Positions 59,750 to 64,000 of a stretch of DNA of 64,000 nucleotides are shown one piece after another. Location of the stretch: the IMG/VR virus record IMGVR_UViG_2574180019_000006; one strand, written 5' to 3'. Each line of letters begins with the position of its first letter. Position 1 is the first letter of the stretch. This DNA is from a virus. Its lineage: Duplodnaviria > Heunggongvirae > Uroviricota > Caudoviricetes. The notes below the pieces were generated by a model. It saw only the letters and a list, made by a program, of their open reading frames with translations, made no database searches and was not told the origin of the DNA. The position numbers and the translations under genes were made by a program.

Positions 59750-60175
59750 ATGACAGCTATTAAGAAACTCTACGATGCCGCAAACGTGGCTCTGGATGTT
59801 ATTGATGATGAAGCAGCAAAAGGCTTTCCTGAACCTGATTGGGCGCATCAGCTACGAAACGCTATCGCAGAAATGACCCCACCAGATCCAACCCCCGAGG
59901 AGACAGACTGGCAGCGATTCATCCGTATGTACGCTCAGGAAATAGGTCCAACGCCAACGGCAGAGCAGGCAATGCTGCTGAAATACTTCAAAGAGGCGGG
60001 AGAGGATTTACCAATTGATGACTCAGCATATTGGTTCCACTGCGCATGGCGTAAGTATGACGTGATATTCACACAAGGCATGGGAAGCAAAGATATGGTT
60101 GTGTGGCATCTACTCCATATAGACACAGCCGTTGACAGAGTTATTGAACAGTTTTTCCCTAAACAAGAAGATTGA
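59750..60175 (+). CDS. Hypothetical protein
   Basis: 141-aa ORF preceded by the AGAAAATAATTTGTTTA motif. Confidence 0.4.
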   Translation: MTAIKKLYDAANVALDVIDDEAAKGFPEPDWAHQLRNAIAEMTPPDPTPEETDWQRFIRMYAQEIGPTPTAEQAMLLKYFKEAGEDLPIDDSAYWFHCAWRKYDVIFTQGMGSKDMVVWHLLHIDTAVDRVIEQFFPKQED

Positions 60176-60230
60176 TCGCCTATTCATAACTAACAAAATA
60201 AGTAAACACTAACCACAAAAGGAAAAACAC

Positions 60231-60506
60231 ATGAGAGTTTTAGTTCGAATCGTTACCAGCACTGTCTATGACGTGTTTCCGCTTTTTATGGTCAAAGTCG
60301 ATGGCCTTAACGATGAAGAAACTGACGCGCTGATCCAGCGTACTCTTGTTGAATATACAGGTCATGACGCTGATTCAGTGATGGTTGATGACGATGGTGT
60401 TTGTTGGCATAACGGCAACTGTTGGTACGTAGAAGAGACTCAACAAATCAGTAATGAAGATGCTGAACATCTTGAGCGTATTTTAAGCATCAGCACTTTT
60501 GAGTGA
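60231..60506 (+). CDS. Hypothetical protein
   Basis: 91-aa ORF with conserved leader AAAGGAAAAACACATG. Confidence 0.4.
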   Translation: MRVLVRIVTSTVYDVFPLFMVKVDGLNDEETDALIQRTLVEYTGHDADSVMVDDDGVCWHNGNCWYVEETQQISNEDAEHLERILSISTFE

Positions 60507-60545
60507 GTTTACAGTAAAGTTTATATAAGTTAGTATCTACCTATC

Positions 60546-60725
60546 ATGAAGATTTTTATTGAATACTTGTTACTCATCGTTTCAATAGCTTTTGTCATCG
60601 ACTGCATTTTCACTGGTGTCATTCGTAAAGTCTTTTCCCCGGTGCACGACGTAGTCATAAACGCTTTGGCTATCGTGCTCGTATTTAATTCAGCATTTGA
60701 TGTAATCAAAGAGGTGGCAGCATGA
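60546..60725 (+). CDS. Small membrane protein (59 aa)
   Basis: Not in the ORF track; translated by hand (MKIFIEYLLLIVSIAFVIDCIFTGV...); two hydrophobic segments. Confidence 0.3.
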   Translation: MKIFIEYLLLIVSIAFVIDCIFTGVIRKVFSPVHDVVINALAIVLVFNSAFDVIKEVAA

Positions 60726-61057
60726 AGACCATTCCATTCGCGCTGTTGTTTCTTTCTTCGATCGTTGTGGCCGACACCACTGTTTATCAGTGTGAAATGT
60801 CTGTAGCCGACGTTAAGAATGGCGCTCTTACCGACGTCATAAAAGCACCATATGGAGCGATGGTCGTAGACAGCGGCGACCAGTTCTATGTTGTGCGTGA
60901 CGATCGAGTGTTGTCATCCCCATATCTCACAAATCGTAATGGCAAATTAACCGGCGTCGGAGAAGACCACTTCGTATACAACAAATACAAGGGCTTCTAT
61001 GGCGTTCACGCTTCTCAGCAAAGCTACCTTTTCGATGACTGCAAGGAGGTTGGGTAA
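60722..61057 (+). CDS. Secreted hypothetical protein
   Basis: 111 aa with N-terminal signal peptide (MKTIPFALLFLSSIVVA). Confidence 0.4.
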   Translation: MKTIPFALLFLSSIVVADTTVYQCEMSVADVKNGALTDVIKAPYGAMVVDSGDQFYVVRDDRVLSSPYLTNRNGKLTGVGEDHFVYNKYKGFYGVHASQQSYLFDDCKEVG

Positions 61058-61269
61058 TGGCATTAACACTGGCAGGTCTGGAAATCGAGAAAACAAGCGG
61101 CTACTGGCGTGCTAAGGGTTTCAAGCAGCCTGGCATTCTTGAGCGTCTGGAACGTGAAGATGGGTATATCGTCCACCAGCGGCGTGAATGGCGTATGTAC
61201 GATCCAGAAACAGGAAAACTGACTACAAAAGCCGGAACACTTTGGGGTCTGTTAAAGAAAATACACTAA
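61057..61269 (+). CDS. Hypothetical protein
   Basis: 70-aa ORF overlapping the previous stop. Confidence 0.35.
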   Translation: MALTLAGLEIEKTSGYWRAKGFKQPGILERLEREDGYIVHQRREWRMYDPETGKLTTKAGTLWGLLKKIH

Positions 61270-61315
61270 ATGCAAACTGACTGCGGCACGTTCCGCAGTC
61301 ATATTTCATAGTCGT

Positions 61316-61851
61316 CACCGCTGACAGCATACACAATCAACTACCGCTGATAGCATATCGAGAGTCTATCTCACCGCTCACAGCATACTTTACTCGATTT
61401 TTTACCGCTGACAGCATACTTAAGAAATTGCATGAATAATGTGTCCCGGTATGGGTATAACCAGAACAAAATTACCGCTGGCAGCATACGAATGTCTGAC
61501 ATATACCATTAATTACCGCTGATAGCATATCCAAACAAAAATTCCTCAATAAAACACCGCTGACAGCATACGTTCTATCAGGGAGTAGCAGGCAATAAAT
61601 GCCTTTCACTACAAGCAATCAGCGCAATAGCAATAGAATGTTAGTGAGCGCAAACCTATATGGAATGCACTCTTCGAGGTTAGTAACCACTGGGGAGGTA
61701 TGACAGAGCATTGAGTGGTGATAGATGATTTACCGCTCACAGCATACGTTCATCTCACTATACCGCTGGTAGCATATCTTTAACCGTTCACAGCATACTT
61801 TTCAGAAAAATAGCCGCTGATAGCATACATTTCACCGCTGACAGCATATCA
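61316..61851 (+). repeat. Iteron array downstream of repA (12 copies of a 19-bp repeat, consensus TTACCGCTGACAGCATAC)
   Basis: Twelve direct repeats in two blocks (61316..61572 and 61730..61851) at 22-41 bp centre-to-centre spacing with variable spacers. Confidence 0.8.
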
Positions 61852-62943
61852 AAGCAGTTTGAGACTATTGGAAAGGATCTCAATCATCTTGATATTTTCA
61901 GGCGTCAAATTCTGCGAAAGTTCGGTTATCTTGTTGATAATGTTCTGTTTGGCATCAATTTCCCCAGCTTTCTCATCTGGTTTTTTGGGTTCGATGTCTT
62001 CAGGTTTTGGCGGTGCGACTTTGAGTTTTGGATTGCGGCTGTGAATCTGGATATAGATCGACCGCCCACGCTTAATCTCGCTGTATTCGAGATAGCCCAA
62101 ATCTTGGAGAGCTTTTAAGCCGTTACGTATAGTCTGATTCTGCGAGCTGACATTCCTGCTACTCAAATTGAGTCGCGCACGCAATCGAGCAAGCGATACC
62201 GGCGCAGGCTTGGTTGGAAGACTTTCGATGAAGGTGTACAGAGCCTGTGCTGTTTCTTTGCGTGGTAGCTTATTGATAACCTTTAACTGCAAAAGAACCT
62301 TATGGTCAAAGCGATATAGTTCGGCCAGCTTCGGTTCTGCATAGAACACCACCGTATCTTTCTGCTCGTTGTAGTCCACGCTATTGATGAGGTGCACCAT
62401 CAGAAGCGAGATCTTGTTAGAGCCGTCGACGTTCTTTTCTTCATACGTTCTCTGGAAAGACAGAGTTGTACGCATGATCTTCAAAAGACTGTTTGTAAGC
62501 CGGTCGCGGAGTGTTTTGCGGATCTGTGACGATGGATAGCCACAAAACTTAGCAAATTTCGTGATGCTTAACTCGACACGACCGTTAGGTTCGCCGTATT
62601 CTGCCAGCGAACGCACAACGCCCACCCACGTTTTGAAATCATGATCCATGTCGAGACGAGGACCGGTTATCTTGATATCGGAATAGCCTTCAGAACGGGC
62701 TACTTCGAGCTGGACAAGCTCCTTTGAAGCATCGATCTCATTTGGCTTGTTACGTTTACTGTATTTTGTTCCCTTAAGCGTGGGGACGAACAACCCCAGT
62801 CGCATCAACGCAATTGGTTGGACTGTATTGTTGCTATTAGGGACAAGTTCCCCTGTGTACAATTCAAGGGAACCTTCTTCAAAGTTGTCGATGTTATCTT
62901 CTACTTCTTTGTTATTTTTACCTTTTTTATTTTTTGTGGACAT
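61849..62943 (-). CDS. repA: Iteron-binding replication initiator (RepA-like)
   Basis: Minus-strand ORF flanked on both sides by the same iterons; start set at the ATG at 62943 (MSTKNKKGKNN...), giving 364 aa; the ORF-track start at 63063 would run into the upstream iterons. Confidence 0.65.
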   Translation of the reverse strand: MSTKNKKGKNNKEVEDNIDNFEEGSLELYTGELVPNSNNTVQPIALMRLGLFVPTLKGTKYSKRNKPNEIDASKELVQLEVARSEGYSDIKITGPRLDMDHDFKTWVGVVRSLAEYGEPNGRVELSITKFAKFCGYPSSQIRKTLRDRLTNSLLKIMRTTLSFQRTYEEKNVDGSNKISLLMVHLINSVDYNEQKDTVVFYAEPKLAELYRFDHKVLLQLKVINKLPRKETAQALYTFIESLPTKPAPVSLARLRARLNLSSRNVSSQNQTIRNGLKALQDLGYLEYSEIKRGRSIYIQIHSRNPKLKVAPPKPEDIEPKKPDEKAGEIDAKQNIINKITELSQNLTPENIKMIEILSNSLKLL

Positions 62944-62961
62944 GTGGACACCTTTGTCATT

Positions 62962-63066
62962 CAACCGCTGACAGCATACTTGATTTGCCGCTGACAGAAT
63001 ACCAAAAACAGTTGGCAGCATACGGTGAACCGCTGACAGACTATCAATTACCGCTGACAGCATACA
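62962..63066 (+). repeat. Origin iterons upstream of repA (about five copies)
   Basis: CAACCGCTGACAGCATACT, TGCCGCTGACAGAATACC, partial GTTGGCAGCATACGG, GAACCGCTGACAGACTATC, TTACCGCTGACAGCATACA. Confidence 0.75.
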
Positions 63067-63105
63067 TGAACATGACTTCAGACCAGTCGTGGCGCGGGTT
63101 ACAGC

Positions 63106-63178
63106 GATCGGGGATCTTATTTGATCTATATAAGGATCTATCTATGGATCTCTTTATTAGGATCTATCCTGTGGATAT
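63106..63178 (+). promoter_or_regulatory. Replication origin core: GATC cluster plus DnaA box
   Basis: Six GATC sites within 60 bp of AT-rich sequence, followed by TGTGGATAT (8 of 9 match to the DnaA box consensus, reverse orientation), adjacent to the origin iterons. Confidence 0.55.
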
Positions 63179-63264
63179 GTGAATAATTAAAACAGGCATT
63201 TACTACCTTCGGCGCACCTGGTGGGTTATCGTTGCCTCGGCTAACAATCACAGAAAAATGACAT

Positions 63265-63909
63265 ATGGATCTAAAACGCACGCGCTGGGTTCGTCGTCTT
63301 GAAGACGGCTCCTACACTATCGAATCAAATTCCAACCTGAATAAGCAGAAGTTGCTTTGTGACATCTGCGGTATAGCGGCGAAGTGCCCGATCTACGAAA
63401 CCAGAATTAAACTTGATAAGGCTGGTGTGAATTTTCATTTAAACAGTTGCATCAGGTACGTTCCATTACTCGCATTTCGTAAACCGATCATCGGATTGGA
63501 TGCCCCCTACTTCAACACACTCCGTTCAGGTGTGACGTGGCGAGATCGTTTATCACCAGACAAGCTGATTTGCCTCGTATCCGCAGACACAGGGAAAATC
63601 ATCCGTTTTGGGAAAGTAGACAAGGTTTACTCAGGCCCAGTAGACGAAATGTTGCGGAAACACAGCCGGTTTAATCATCTCTGTATGGGTGGTGAGAAAA
63701 TCGAGAAGGTAGAAGAAGTGATCCGCAAATCCTACGGACACTTTCTGACCAAAGATAGCCTGCTCACCGCAATCTACATCAGACATGTAAAACGTGAGTT
63801 CGACCTCGAATACCACAGCGAAGAAGAGCTTAACCTTGTTGACCCACGTCCAAAAGCTGGCGTCATAAGCATAAACGCAGCGCGTAAAAAGCCCACTGAC
63901 GCGCTGTAA
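63265..63909 (+). CDS. Hypothetical protein
   Basis: 214-aa ORF downstream of the origin region. Confidence 0.4.
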   Translation: MDLKRTRWVRRLEDGSYTIESNSNLNKQKLLCDICGIAAKCPIYETRIKLDKAGVNFHLNSCIRYVPLLAFRKPIIGLDAPYFNTLRSGVTWRDRLSPDKLICLVSADTGKIIRFGKVDKVYSGPVDEMLRKHSRFNHLCMGGEKIEKVEEVIRKSYGHFLTKDSLLTAIYIRHVKREFDLEYHSEEELNLVDPRPKAGVISINAARKKPTDAL

Positions 63910-64000
63910 CCCTCCAGATCGTATATTGGCGTAGATAGAATCTACGCCTCCTCAAAATAGCTCTCATAGCGTTCTACAGTGATCCTGTCTTATTTTTAGT

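Noticed and set aside
61316-61851. Regularly spaced direct repeats that could be mistaken for a CRISPR array
   Set aside because: Repeats are 19 bp (too short), spacers vary from about 3 to 50 bp plus a 160-bp gap, the repeats flank a RepA-like gene on both sides and a DnaA box/GATC cluster is adjacent: these are replicon iterons.

Overview
This 64-kb window reads as a tailed-phage genome with plasmid maintenance functions (a phage-plasmid), almost entirely + strand and about 50% GC. All calls come from reading the sequence and ORF translations by eye; no database search was run. Order: (1) head module from a 5'-truncated terminase large subunit through portal, scaffold, capsid and an Ig-like decoration protein (1-7.7 kb); (2) lambda-like siphovirus tail module with major tail protein, G/GT-type frameshift chaperone, tape measure, M/L/K/I/J-like proteins, side tail fibre and fibre assembly protein (7.7-26.1 kb); (3) putative lysis region with nested spanins (27.1-28.9 kb); (4) DUF1778/GNAT toxin-antitoxin pair and ParA/ParB-like partition genes (28.9-31.0 kb); (5) an ISEcp1-blaCTX-M(-15-like)-delta-orf477 transposition unit flanked by 5-bp TTCTT direct repeats (31.2-34.2 kb); (6) replication/recombination module with DnaB-like helicase, primase, ATP-dependent ligase, vWA + AAA+ pair, a DnaE-like polymerase split by an HNH homing endonuclease gene, SSB-like protein, flap nuclease and RecA-like ATPase (34.5-58.5 kb); (7) a tRNA island (Asn, Thr, probable Ser) with dense inverted repeats, next to a low-GC minus-strand HEPN-like orphan gene, a glutaredoxin, a tyrosine recombinase and an XRE-family regulator (41.5-46.0 kb); (8) an iteron replicon with a minus-strand RepA-like initiator and a GATC-rich origin with a DnaA box (61.3-63.2 kb). 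The most notable non-coding signal is a palindromic GATAAGTA...TACTTATC motif at about 20 intergenic sites across the window, plus a second recurrent motif AGAAAAYAATTTGTTTA, both suggesting operon-wide control by one regulator. No CRISPR array or rRNA gene is present.
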